Assembly (NCBI RefSeq): GCF_039654945.1 | Contig: NW_027361766.1 | Coordinates: 35,898,001-35,962,000, forward strand | DNA from: Dendrobates tinctorius | Lineage: Eukaryota | Reading direction: 5' to 3' | Length of the DNA: 64,000 nt | Part shown: positions 51,075 to 64,000 of the stretch, piece by piece | Numbering within the stretch: the first letter of the stretch is position 1 | Layout: each line of letters begins with the position of its first letter | Made by a program: the position numbers and the translations under genes | The notes under the pieces: model-generated | The model's input: only the letters and a program-made list of their open reading frames with translations | Database searches by the model: none | What the model was told of the DNA's origin: nothing

Positions 51075-52266
51075 TAATCGGAAAGAGCAAAGGCAAAGTC
51101 CCAGGATTGGCCCATCTATTGTGAAGTGTCACTTCTTGGGCAGCTGCAGGTTGGTATTATTAGACCTGAAAGGGCACAATAACCAGGGACCTTCCCAGCC
51201 TGATAGTATCAGGTCACAGATGTTTGCTTTACCTTTGCTGATTTCATAAAAGAGAGGGGACATCTTTTTTAATTTATTCATTTATTTATTAAGATAAACA
51301 AGGCTAAAAAGCAAAACAATGAATTCCATTTGAAAAGCACTAAAGAGTGCAAGCTAATACTACAGAAGTTTGTAAGATTGCTTTTTGTAAGATTGCTTCA
51401 TTAGTTTTGTAAACTTGATGTAAGTTACATAGATTATTATAGAATGTAAAAGATTATGTTAAAAATGCATTGCATATGGATTGCATGTGCATGTCATAAG
51501 GATGTCATACGAATGCTAGGCGAGAAAAAAAATCACACATTTTCATTGCACTCACATGCATACGGAGTTACATAAGCAGGACATATGCATGACACTTGTC
51601 CCGCTTTTAGGAATGGAAATCGGAGCAATTTATTAAACACTAGTGGGCTCCAGGCCTGAAGCGTAGAATAAAATACAGGATATTTAATTACTATGCTTGT
51701 CACATTTTTAAATATAATTTTAAACCATGTGGATATATTTAGAAGCGTACGTCAAATTTTATGGTTTATTGTAATCTGATCACAGTAAATGATACCATGA
51801 CTACAGGGAAAACAAATATTCCTTGTGAAATGGAGCTGCAGGCTAAATTTATTTTTAAACTAAATATTCTGAGTTTTAAAACACCATGCTAGGTGCATTG
51901 GAGCTGTTTTATGTTAGGGACAATATGGGGTAAATACTATGGATAAATTCTAATGGTGAAATAGTAATTACATTCCTTGGTGACATCTTTATATGACATT
52001 ACCATGTTCCTCCATTTGAAGTCTATACAATGCATACTTTTAGCATAACATACATTTTATCTTGACTACAACTTTTTTGTGCCCCGTTTTTGGTAGGTAC
52101 AGCTCTTGACAGATATTCTATTTGTTTTGGCAGACCAGAATAATAAAGATGATCAAATTTACAAAAATATGAAATCACCAAATCATTTAGACTTTACAGT
52201 GGAATTCCATTCAGTTAATTTAGTCTCCTCAAATTAAATGTCCCTTATTATGCCTTTGGGTCTCTA

Positions 52267-52350
52267 CAGACCCTAGAGCATAATAAACAAAAAAGATGTT
52301 AAGAATATCAGACCCTAGAGCATAATAAACAAAAAAGATGTTAAGAATAT
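52267..52350. repeat. Perfect 42-bp tandem duplication
   Basis: CAGACCCTAGAGCATAATAAACAAAAAAGATGTTAAGAATAT occurs twice in tandem. Confidence 0.9.
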
Positions 52351-53013
52351 AAGCAAAAAACAACTAATACCTCACTGCTCACCTCTTCACACTAGGCCGG
52401 GGCTTCCAATTTCTATCAAGGCTGGGATGTCCCCGTGCATTGGTGTCTTAAGGTTATGGAGCTTATCGTGATGCCACGATATTGCGACCTAAAAATGCAT
52501 ATGCACAGGGATATTCTGGGCCTGATGGCGTCTGAAAGTCCCGGCCTATCATGAGTAGAACTAGTGTTTCCATGCATGGTGAGAGGTGGGGTGTCGAGAG
52601 AGGTGAGCATTGAGGTATCATTATTTTTGTTTCTTTTATAACCTTTTCCAGGTCCTCCATGCTTCAGGAAAATGATGGTTAGTTGGCTGAATTTGGGGGA
52701 ATGAATTACAAATTACAATATTTTGAAAAATACAGATTTTTTTTTAACTCTAGTAGAATTCAATTCCCCTTGAATTAAATTGCCCAGTCCTTCTGAATAC
52801 CTTTCCTCCTGTTCCTATTTAACTGTTAATTGAACTCAACCCAAATAAATCAAAAAGATACAGAGTGAGATTTTACAAGACTACTTTGTCAGATCAAATC
52901 ACTTTTTTCTTTGGTCCATGCAAATCACTTATGGCGATGGCACATTTGTGTAGCTATGTTTTGAAAAAAGTACTGTGAGACGTTATTATTTAATTTAGCT
53001 TGACTAGTCAACT

Positions 53014-54990
53014 TAATAATAATAATAATAAATTTTATTTTTATAGCGCCGACATATTCTGCAGCACTTTACATTTCAGAGGGGATTTGTACAGACAATA
53101 GACATTACAGCATAACAATAATCACATACAGTAGATTATAACAAATACCAAGAGGAATGAGGGCCCTGCTCGCAAGCTTACAGTCTATGAGGAAAGAGGT
53201 AGACACGAAAGGTGGGTGGTAACAGTTGCCCTGATTGCATGGACCAGCCATAATGTTAAGTGTGTAACAGTACAGACACAGAGGGCTAATGGATGCATAA
53301 AGCATGTGGGAACATGACGCGGGAAATCTGGGTATGGTAGAACTTTTGGCTGTGCCACACAGGGATAGATTAGGTTAATGTGTTGAGGCGATAGGCCAGT
53401 CTGAATAAATGCGTTTTCAGGGCACGCTTAAAATTGTGGGGATTGGGGACTAATCGTATTGACCTGGGAAGTGCATTCCAAAGAATTGGCGCGGCACGTG
53501 TAAAGTCTTGGAGACGGGAGTGGAAGGTTCTGACTATTGAGGATGCTAACCTCAGGTCATCAGCAGACGGAGGGTGCGGGTAGGGTGGCATACTGTAACA
53601 AGGGAGGAGATGTAGGGTGGTGCTGAGCCATGGAGGGCTTTGTGGGTGAGGGTAATAAGTTTATACTGAATTCTGGAGTGGATGGGTAGCCAGTGTAATG
53701 ACTGGCACAAGATAGAGGCATCGGTGTAACGATTGGTGAGGAATATGATCCTGGCTGCAGCATTCAAGACAGATTGGAGAGGGGAGAGTTTGGTAAGAGG
53801 GAGACCGATTAGAAGAGAGTTACAATAGTCGAGACGAGAATGAATAAGAGAAACAGTAAGAGTTTTTGCAGACTCAAAAGTAAGAAAAGGTCGAATTCTA
53901 GATATGTTTTTGAGGTGCAGATGACAAGAGCGAGCCAGTGATCGAATGTGGGGGGCAAAGGAAAGCTCGGAATCAAGTATGACCCCAAGACAGCGGGCCT
54001 GTTGCTGGGGAGTAATAGTGGAACCACCCACAGAAATAGCAATGTCGGGTATAGGTACATTAGTAGAGGGAGGAAATACCAGGAGTTCAGTCTTTGACAG
54101 GTTCTGTTTCAGATATAGTGAGGACATGATATTAGACACAGCGTTTAGACAATCGCCGGTGTTTTCTAGAAAGGCTGGCATGATGTCAGGAGAAGAAGCG
54201 TATAATTGGGTTTCATCAGCATAGAGATGGTACTGGAAACCAAATCTACTGATTGTTTGACCAATAGGGGCAGTGTACAAGGAGAAGAGGAGGGGGCCTA
54301 GAACCGATCCTTGGGGGACCCCAACAGTAAGGGGAAGGTGAGAGGAGGAGGAACCGGCAAAAGATACAGTAAAGGAGCGGTCGGAGAGATAGGAGGAGAA
54401 CCAGGAGAGAACGGTGTCCTTGAGGCCAATGGAATGGAGCATAGTGAGGAGGAGCTGATGATCCACAGTGTCGAATGCTGCAGAGAGATCCAAGAGAATT
54501 AGCATGGAGTAATGATCATTTGATTTAGCTGTTAGCAGATCATTAGAGACTTTAGTGAGGGCAGTTTCAGTGGAGTGTAAAGAGCAGAAACCGGATTGGA
54601 GAGGGTCGAGAACAGAGTTTTCTGAGAGATAGCGGATAAGACGGGAGTGGACCAGGCGTTCCAGGAGTTTAGAGATGAAGGGAAGATTAGAGACAGGTCT
54701 ATAGTTAGCGGCACAGTTTTGGTCGAGGGATGGTTTTTTAAGTAGTGGATGTATGATGGCATGCTTAAATGAGGAGGGAAAAACACCAGAAGAGAGAGGT
54801 TAAATATTTTAGTTAGGTGAGGGGTGACAGCAGGGGAAAGGGACTGGAGGAGATGTGACGGAAATGGGTCACTGGTGCAAGTGGTTGGGCGAGAAGATGC
54901 AAGGAGCCTGCTTACTTCTTCTTCTGTGACTGGTTCAAAATCAGAGAGTGAGCTAGATGCAGTGGGGGAGGGAGGACAGTGCATGGTATG
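53014..54990 (-). mobile_element. L2-clade LINE, 5'-truncated (ORF2 RT region + 3' UTR + (ATT)n tail)
   Basis: [45 protein letters not shown]. The 3' end on - reads ...GGCGCTATAAAAATAAA then (ATT)n. Frameshifts are present. Confidence 0.92.
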
Positions 54991-57013
54991 AGTGCATGGT
55001 TTCTTTTATGTTTGCAGTAAAATACTAAAAGTTACTTTACATCAGATTGAAACACACATTTTGACACATTGTGGAGAAATATTCTATACTGTATATTTAT
55101 TTTTGTAATTGAAGGAGGCCCAGTTTCATGGAGCATTTTTGATTACATATTGTGACATGCTAATTTTTATTTTTGATGCCAGTCCATATGAGCACCAAAT
55201 TTTTAATTCCTTCATCCCTAAGCAATTTTCCACATTTTGGTTTTCTTTTTTTACCTTCCCATTTTTATTGTTCCATCCACATAGCTGTATGAGGGCTTGT
55301 TTTTTGTGGGACGAGTTGTAATTTTGAAAGTTTGGAAGAAATTCATTTTATCACGTGATGCACTGGAAAGTGAGAATTTTCCAAATGCTTTGAAATTGCA
55401 AGAAAGTGCAATTTTACTATTTTTTTTGTGGGGGCTTATTTACCACGTTTACTATATGGTAAAACTGTTCTGGCAATATGATTCTCAACATCAGTACAAT
55501 TACGCAGATACCAAACATATTTTTTTAATTTAAGAGGTGAAAAACAATTAGGAAATTTATAGAAAAAAAATTATTTTGCTTATGTCGCCATTTTCTGTGC
55601 TTTGTAACACTTTCAACTTTTGAGATATAGTGCTGTGTGATGCCTCCTTATCTTTTGTAGCCTGAGCTAATGCTTTGACTGATACCATTTTGGGGTAGAT
55701 ATGTTTTCATCACCTGTTACAGTATTTTATTGCACTGTTGCGAAGGCCATAACAACGTAATTTTGGCATATTTTTTTATGCCACTGCCTCTGTCATTAAT
55801 TCCATAGAAAAACATATTTAAACCACATTGTGGTCTGCTGAGTTGTGCTACATGCCATATACTCCATCACGCAGATAAGCCATGACAAAATCTGGTGATA
55901 TTAAAGATATTAATACACCATACCTGTGCAGTCTGAAAATAATGTCACTGGTCCAAACTGGCCATCTTCAAGAGTGCTCAGCAGGAAGATGGGGACTGGG
56001 TGCAGTGCTCTCCTCAAGATACAGCTTGAAAAACAAACCTTAAGCTCTATGTATGTATCCCCTGTATGAATTACCTCTACTTTTGAATTACCAATCTCTA
56101 ACCCTTCTATCTGTAAGGCTGACTATCTGCATGTACTGTATTCTTTAGGGTGAACATATGATTTATAACTGCTCTTATTCTTTCACTTTTAGAAGGGATT
56201 CTGACTTTCAAGCCATAACATCACTAATTGCATACACGTGAGTAATTATATATGTTCTCAGAAGAACTGTAAAACTTATTTGGGAGACATTTGAATTGTT
56301 ATCCTAATATAACCAACAACTAATAATTTCTGCTTTATTGTCTGATACAGTTGATGAGCATTGTATGTTCTGTTCGGTGACATAGAAACAGAATTTAGTT
56401 TGCCTGCGTGTGTAAGGATTGTCCGTCTTTGTCATTTAAAGGCTCTTTCTAGTTGCATAGTTTTGTTGGCCGATATATATCAAAGCCTTTTCACCAGGGT
56501 ATGACCAGGGGTTCAAAGAGGAGTCAGCGCCACAGTAACCTGCCTAATAAAAAGATTCATTGTGCTAAAAGAGAATCTCTTGCTCTTCAGGGCAAATGAA
56601 AAAGCAATCTGAGGAAATTAGGGAGGTGGCACCCTCAAAATTGCCAAGGCATCAGATAATATAGGGGCAGAGATCCAAACCAAAAGATTGTGTCATATGA
56701 ATAATACAAAGCCAAGATATTTATTTATCTAGGCTTCAAATAAAAGAATCTATTGTGCAGATTATAAACTATCAAGTGGAAAGAAGCAAATATATGACCT
56801 GTGGATAAAAAATGGGTCACAAAAATGCACAAGACCTGGAGTTCACAAAATTATTAGACAATAGACATTCTAAGAAATTTAATTGATCAAAAGTAGATGT
56901 TTCAGTGCATATTGATAATATTCATGAAGCATTGTTAGGAGATAGACATGATATTTCAAAACTGGTGGTTGTAGGGGAATTATACTGTGTGTGGGGGCTG
57001 TGGAAATAATATA

Positions 57014-58603
57014 CAGCTCTGGCAAAAATTAAAAGACCACTGCACAGTTTTATAAAAATTAGCTTCTCTACACTTCCGACAGCCATTCCATTCCAGTGTC
57101 AGTTGAATTCCAATCAGAGTACCCCTCATTCTACTTAATGTGCTTCTGATTAGGTGATCACCTGAACCAAATATTATTTAACGAAGGAAAGTATAAAAAA
57201 AAACCCTGCTGTGGTGTTCACAATCCTCTTGCAATAGAACAAGCTGGATGGCAAAACAAGTGCTAGTAATATCCCAAAAGTAATAAGAATGAAAAAATAA
57301 GTTTTAACCATGCCAAAGGAGTTGAAAAGAAAAGTGTTCAGTGAGGAAAAGAAGGGCTCAATTCTGGTTTTAATAGCAGAAGGATACAGTGAGCGTCTTG
57401 TTGCCTGCATCCTTAAAATTTCTAATATAGCAGTCCATTACAACAAGGTTAAGCAGCAGACATTGGGGACAGACTGGCAGAGGGTGAAAATGACTCTCCA
57501 CTGACTGGGATGACCGTCATCTTATTTTAATGTCACTCAGCAATCACAGGATGACATCAAGTGACCTTCAAAAGGAATGGCAAATGGCAGCTAGAGTGAA
57601 GTGCACTGCAAGAACAGTTCATATCAGACTCCTAAAGGCAGGGCTCAAGACATGTAAAGCTAGAAAAAAGCCTTTCATCAATGAGAAGCAAAGGAGAGCA
57701 AAGCTGAAGTTTGCCAAAGACCATAAGGATTGGACCATAGAGGACTGGAATAAGGTAATCTTCCCTGATGAGTCTAATTTTCAGCTATGGCCATCACCTG
57801 GTCATTTAATGGTTAGACGGAGACCTGAAAAGGCGTACAAGCCAACGTGTATTGCACCCACTGTTAAATTTGGTGGAGGATCATTGATGATCTGGGAATG
57901 CTTCAGCAAGGCTGGAATTTGGGCAGGTTAATCTTTGCGAAGGAGGTATGAATCAAGCCGCATACAAGGTTATCCTGGAAAAACTGTTGATTCCTTCTGC
58001 TCAAGCAAAGTTCCCCAACTCTGAGGACTGTTTTTTCCAGCAGGACAATGCACCATGCAACCCAGCTAGGTCAATCAATGTGAGGATGAAGGACCAGCAC
58101 ATTAAATCCCTGTCATGGCCAGCCCAATCCCCAGACCTAAACCCTATTGAAAACTTCTTGTAATCAAGAGGAAGATGGATAGTCACAAGCCATCAAACAA
58201 AGAAGAACTGATTCAATTTTTGTACCAGGATGGCATAAGGTCACCCAAAAGCAGTGTGAAAGACTGGTGGAAAGAATGCCAAGACGCATGATAGATGTGA
58301 TTAAAAATCATGGTTATTCCACAAAATATTGATTTCTGAACTCTTCCTGAGTTAAAACATTAGTATTGTTGTTTCTAAATGATTATGAACTTGTTTGCAA
58401 GAACTGTATTTTTTTGTTATTTTGACCATTTCTCATTTTCTGAAAATAAATACAAAATTTAGTGCTTGGAAATTCGAAGACATGTTGTCAATATTTTATA
58501 GAATAAAAGAGCATTTTACATTTTACTCAAAAATATACCTATAAAGAGAAAAAATAGACAAGCTGAAAATTTAGCAGTGGTCTCTTAATTTTTGCCAGAG
58601 ATG
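57014..58603 (+). mobile_element. Tc1-family DNA transposon (full length, decayed)
   Basis: ~30-bp TIRs CAGCTCTGGCAAAAATTAARAGACCACTGC with TA TSDs (57012-57013, 58604-58605). Confidence 0.95.
57310..58332 (+). pseudogene. Tc1 DD34E transposase (frameshifted)
   Basis: KARKKPFIN..; WNKVIFPDES; PTVKFGGGSLMIW; FQQDNA-(34 aa)-E in WPAQSPDLNPIEN; ends GYSTKY*. Confidence 0.92.
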
Positions 58604-58605
58604 TA

Positions 58606-58860
58606 TTGTGTGGGGGGGCTTTGAGGACACCATACTATGTGGGAGGTTTTTGGGGGCATTATACAGTGTGGAGGGGTTCTGAGGACTTAATGCTGTTTAT
58701 AAGAGGATGGGGAGGATCATTATACTGTGTGGGGGCATTATATTGGGTGTGGGGAATTGTGGAGGCATCATACTGTGTGGAGGGCTGTGGACAGATTATA
58801 CTATATGGGAAAATGTACTGTGGAAGCATCATACTGTGTGTAGGGGCACTGTGGGGACCA
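58606..58860. repeat. Degenerate ~28-bp G-rich minisatellite (CATCATACTGTGTGGGG..), one more unit at ~56975-57011
   Basis: Repeated units occur on both sides of the Tc1 insertion. Confidence 0.7.
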
Positions 58861-60061
58861 TGAGAGCCCTGCCATGCTGTGTGGAAAAATTATTGGGCTT
58901 CTCTAGGAGAAATATTCACACGTGGGCACATTTAAAAGACAGGACAAGGTTTGCAAAGTGGATTAGCATACAGTAAGCAATATGTGTCCCTCCTTCTTGA
59001 TTTTCAAACTTGGGTGACATGGTTTAATCTGCTTAAGCTACAGAGTCAGGAAAAAAATCAAAAAATGTACTGATTTGTGGTTTTAGTGAGAATTATGGTA
59101 GGTACCTGAAAGACAATGACTATTTTTAATCTTATTTACTAGCGGGGATCTCACTGAGACCATGGCAGTTCAGCCCGGCAGGGAACGCAGCATCAGTGAC
59201 CGGAGGTTACCTCAATGACATCACCGCCGGTCACTGAGGCTGCGCTCGCAGCTGTTCAGTCACCAGTGGTTCTCAGCCTGGATGGTCGCATGTTAGCAGG
59301 TTGAAAACTTCTTCCCCAGGCATGGATTATGGCACGGGACAGAACAACTGAAAAATTAAAGATATTGTTGTTTTATTATTTTTGGTTTATTACAGATGAT
59401 CGAGGGCTTTGGTGGAATTAGGTGTTAGGTGAGTATAACTGTGTCTGTTTTTTTAAATTACAAAAGTAAAAGTGTATTTTGTTATATTTCTAATAAAGGA
59501 CTTTTTTTCTGGCTGTGTCTTTATTTACCATATAACTATAGGATTAGTAATTGATAGGTCTAATAGATGCCTCTCCATTACTAAGGCGTGGGCTTGATGT
59601 CACCAGTCAATACATAGGTGACATCAACCCCGCAAATATTAACCCTATTTGCCACCACCACAGGGCAAGTGGAAGAGCCGGACAGAGCACCAGAATTGGC
59701 ACATTTAACAGATGTGCCTTTTCTGGGCAGCTGCGGACTGCAATTTTTCAGCTGGGGAGCAAAAATTTAAGGTTGTATGAAAACGTTCCATACCCACTGT
59801 ACAACCTGTCATTATTGACAGGTGAGTCAACCAATCACCACATAATAGTTTTCAAGTTGTATATAGTAATTCAAAAATAGAAGCTAATCAAATGAGCCCA
59901 ACCAAATCAAAATTGTCTGTGATAATAGTTAAGATTGATTCTCATAAATATTCAATTATCAAAATGCATATACTGTACATTTGTTAAGTTGTTACACAGA
60001 ACGGGTTATTTTGTTATAAACCCTATTTAAAATATGTGTCCTATATGGATATGAATTACCA

Positions 60062-60697
60062 CCGTATATACTCGAGTATAAGCTGACTCGAGTATTAGCT
60101 GAGGCACCTAATTTTGACACCAAAACTGGGAAAACTTATTGAGCTGGGTATGCATTGTCCCCTTATCCCTATCCTGGTATGCATGGATCCTCATCACTAT
60201 CCTTGTATGCATGGCTCCTCATCCCTATCCTGGTCTGCATGGTTCCTCATCACTATCATTGTATGCGTGAGTATCCATTGTTATTAAGTAGCATGCACAG
60301 TGTCAGCTGCAGCCGCAGTACGGTCACGTGTTCCCACTAGTTAAGGAAATGAATATTCATCTCTCTCCATGCCTATGGGAGTGGAGAGAGGTGAATATTA
60401 ATTTCTCTTACATAGTGGGGACACGTGATCACTGCTGGAAGTCGGCGGCTGTGGCTGACACTATGTGCTCTGTTACAGAGAAATGAATATTCACTGTCAG
60501 CGCAGTGAATATTCATTTCTCTTTTAGTAGCAGTCACAGGAGTTAGCAGCAGCCGGCTCCTTTTTCCTGTGACCCGCTGCTCCATCGCTACCTTTGCCTC
60601 CAATCTTCTGGGACAATAACTTGAGCATAAGCTGAGGGGGGTGTTTTCAGCACAAAAAAATGTGCTGAAAAACTCAGTTTATGTTGAGTAATTACTG
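60062..60697. mobile_element. Non-autonomous Tc1/mariner-pogo-type MITE
   Basis: Left end CCGTATATACTCGAGTATAAGC; degenerate right end GTTTATGTTGAGTAATTACTG|TA; internal short tandem repeats and GAATATTC palindromes. Confidence 0.6.
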
Positions 60698-61566
60698 TAT
60701 ATGGTAATTATAAAATTGGTTATTAATTTTACTGTTTTCAAATAGCTTTTAGTTGGTAATGTATTCAGATAAAACATAGTCTCACAATACAGATAATTCT
60801 GACAATGAGTTGTACCTCATAGCCTCTATTATTCAACATAGAAATTTTTGAAGTTGTCATAATAATTTTAGTACAACTCAGTGAACCACAGGGAGATCAG
60901 GGCCCATGTTAACTATGTGAGCCATATATTCCCCCTTTAAAATCTAAAAAAATTAGATTAACATAGGTAAATAATTTCCAAATATACAGTATATATATTT
61001 GCGATACGGTTTGTGTCCTGAGGAAAATGTCTGGAATGACTGAAACATGATGACTAAAAAATCTGAAATATAAAATCCGTTATTTTACTTCCATTTGGAT
61101 CTTCATTGTCTACCAGCAGCGCAGATAAACCACATTTGGCTACTTTTTTTTTCTCTCTCTTTCCTGGTCGAAAGACCGATGGATCTGCAGCAGCTGTTTT
61201 CATGTGCATTCATGTTTGTGGGCACACAACCTTATCAGGTTAGCATAATTTTAGTTGGCATAAATGTTATTCTCAGATAAGACCCTCTTTGCGCTTTATT
61301 TTGCACCTAGTTTCTAGTTTGTCCAAGCAGAACTTTTTGACTGCATGTGGGGTATCTCCGCACTCGAAAGAAAGTGAGTAAAAAACTGTAAGGTGCAATT
61401 TTTTAGTGCTTGCATTTTTTTCAACCTTTTGTCCAAAATTGCGATAATTTCACAAATAATTTCATATCAGACAAATTTTACCAATATCATGAAGTACAAT
61501 ATGTCATGAAAAAACTATCTCAGAATCACTTTGCTGCATTCCGAAGTTATTACCACATAAAGTGAC

Positions 61567-61779
61567 TGTGGAGACACAGGAAGGGGGGTCAATGGATACT
61601 CACATCCGCTCTCCCTAGACCGAATGGAACAGGACTCATACAAACAATAGTCTGTGATTCTTGACAAACCAAAGAAAAACACATTAATTCAATAGTTAAC
61701 ATAAAGTTAGTAGCCTATGTCTCATGGACTACTGAAAATAGACATCTGGATAATTAAGATTAAATGCTGTGTCATCACA
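61567..61779. mobile_element. Small solo LTR-like element (213 bp)
   Basis: TGTGGAGACACAG...CTGTGTCATCACA ends (11/13 inverted match) with a perfect TSD GTGAC (61562-61566, 61780-61784). Confidence 0.7.
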
Positions 61780-61820
61780 GTGACACTGGCCAGATTTCTA
61801 AAATTTGACCTGGTAATTAA

Positions 61821-62236
61821 AAGGGTTGTCCGGTCAAAACCTATAAATCTGCAGTCACTGTGTATGACTGCAGACTTTTGAATTCCACAGTGCACACACT
61901 GCGGGGATTCACCATTTTCAGGCATGGGACCGGAGGGTAGGTATGACATATATACCTCCAGCTAGTGGGCACAGCCATACATTTGTATGGAGAGAGGCGG
62001 TGCCATATAGTCGAATACTTCCACCTCCACTGTCCGTCGCACGTTACTAAATGAGGCGTGGCCTCGGCCAATACAAGTGCATTGAGCAAGACCACACCCA
62101 CTGGCCGGGGATATGTATAACTCATACATACCCTCTGGTCCAGGGAGTGAAACCGGCGAATTCCCACAGTGAACAGTGCGCGTGCTGGGGGAATTCATAA
62201 GTCTGCAGACTTATCATTTTTGACTGGATAACCCCT
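61821..62236. mobile_element. T2/Kolobok-like MITE inserted in a piggyBac-like end fragment (~61330-62270)
   Basis: TTAA|AAGGGTTGTCCGGTCAAAA ... TTTTGACTGGATAACCCCT TIRs. The flanks rejoin into sequence similar to 45475-45598. Confidence 0.7.
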
Positions 62237-62792
62237 TCATGGTCAAAATTAGCTCAGTCGCTAAGAGGATACATTTTTAGCTGCATTTGGAAACTTTCAA
62301 CCTGTACATTGCATTAACATAGATAGCTAGCAAAGGAAAAATAAAAGCTTATTTTTTTTTAAATTGAACATTCAGACTACATTACTTTTTAAATGACCTA
62401 AATAGTATGCAAAGCCAACATACTGTATTTACTGTGTTTTAACTGACTCCAACTAGATATTAATCTAGTTTAAATTAGTATAAATTGCCAGGTAATTTAA
62501 GTTTCTAAAGCACTACAGTTTATCTGGTTAAAAAGGTCAAATGTATAAAAGAGATAAATGGTAAATTACGCATTACATTATCTTGTAACTTTAGGTATCT
62601 GCAATAATGTTTTAAGACTGTTAGTATAGCTAGCCTGACTTCTACTATAAGAAAGTTTTACATTTAGTACTAAACATCAATTTCAGCCAAAATTAAGTAA
62701 AATCTGAGATCGACCAGATATACTGTAAAGAGTATAGTTGGATTACTGGTTTTGCATTAACAGCTTTACTGTAACTTTTTGTATTTCCACAG

Positions 62793-62892
62793 GATCTGCT
62801 TAAAAGTGAAAAAAAAAGAAAAGTCAGTGTCCTGGGATTCCTTCGAAATTCTGCATGTTCACACATGGAGAAGATCCCTCTCTATATGAAAT
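62793..62892 (+). other. Candidate host exon (100 bp), product unknown
   Basis: Polypyrimidine tract + TTTCCACAG acceptor and GTAAGT donor in non-repetitive-looking DNA. One frame is open (DLLKSEKKRKVSVLGFLRNSACSHMEKIPLYMK). Confidence 0.3.
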
Positions 62893-64000
62893 GTAAGTTT
62901 TCTCTTCTCTTCCCCTTTGAGAGGCAGTGTATTGTGAGTTTCCCTAGGGTGTCACATGACTAATTCCAGAGAGAAGGCATAACTATAGCGTGCACTATCA
63001 TGTCTTCTTCTTCCAATATACTGGTAATTGTGAAAATATTAATGTATCCTGATTTAAAAGCATTTCTTTCTACGCAATTATACGCTGTAATTTTTTGATT
63101 CTAAGATTTATAGCACTACATTTACTGAATAAAAAAAAATGTCCATATCTAAAAATAGCTCATAAATAAAAACGAACAGCATACGCAGACCAGATCAATT
63201 CAATTTACAGCCACTACAGTGACCTTATAGGATTGTTATCATGAAGAACATGGTTCAGCAATGCATATGCGGAAAAAAATAATGAAAAAAGCTACCATGG
63301 CAGTAAATTCTGGTTTCAGGTGTATCACAAATTGTGTTAGAAACAAAGTTGAAACAAAAGTTGATTAGTTTTATAAAATGTAGCTAAAAATATCCTTCAA
63401 AAATATAATTCTCAAAACAGTTTGAAAAAGCTCTTTTGGTGCCCAAGATTGGATTTTAACAATGTACTACCTCCAAGGTCTGTGCCTTGGAAAATTAGAA
63501 CTGTAAGATGGACAATCATTCACTTACTAGGTCCAATAACACTAAAGAAAAGGTCTATTTGCTCCTGGCACCCAGAACACTTCTAACAGCTATCTAACGT
63601 GTTTGGCACCTTAAATAGTTTGTCCACTTTATCCCTATTTGTGTTTGTGCAATACCTCAATGTTGGGGATTACATTAATATTGTGAATGTATTTTATATA
63701 TGTGCCTTTAATCTTGTGAACCAATGCATTGTTTTAGTTATTTGGGATGAATCAACACAGACAAGAGGTTAATTCTATCATTTAACTGTGGTTAGGGAAA
63801 ATTTAGGTGGGAGGAGTGCAAGTTTTGAAAGCTCCATCCACTGGCTGTAGATCAGGGAGTCAAATCAGAGAAGAGCAACACATAGGAGATTTATTCTTCC
63901 CATTACATCAGGCCAGGAAGAGCAGACTAATCTGAGTAGTTGTGGGAAAGCACATAAAACACACCATTGTATCTGTGTGTATGTGTACTGTGCAAAGGGC

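Overview
Vertebrate genomic DNA, probably from a frog (inferred from the repeat families), intronic or intergenic and dominated by nested transposable elements. No intact host gene is recognisable. Nest 1 (5184-28545) is a decayed PIF/Harbinger transposon with a spliced MADF/BESS-type gene on + and a spliced DDE transposase on -. It has received a ~2 kb solo LTR (itself carrying a Penelope-like fragment), a full-length BEL/Pao retrotransposon and a full-length chromodomain Ty3/Gypsy (Tf1/sushi-type) retrotransposon. Nest 2 (29717-~41960) is a 3'-truncated hAT (BED-finger) transposon containing a 123/118-bp satellite array and a young Gmr1-type Gypsy element (order PR-IN-RT-RH). The rest holds piggyBac-like, T2/Kolobok-like and Harbinger MITEs, an L2 LINE, a DD34E Tc1 element, solo LTRs and Penelope remnants. 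The most notable signal is a ladder of degenerate 'LTR end + tRNA-Leu primer-binding site' copies separated by unique spacers inside both Gmr1 LTRs. Also notable: a self-priming signature and a PEG10-like GGGAAAC/pseudoknot frameshift cassette in the sushi-type element, and hammerhead-like motifs in the Penelope remnants. All coordinates and identity counts were read by eye.
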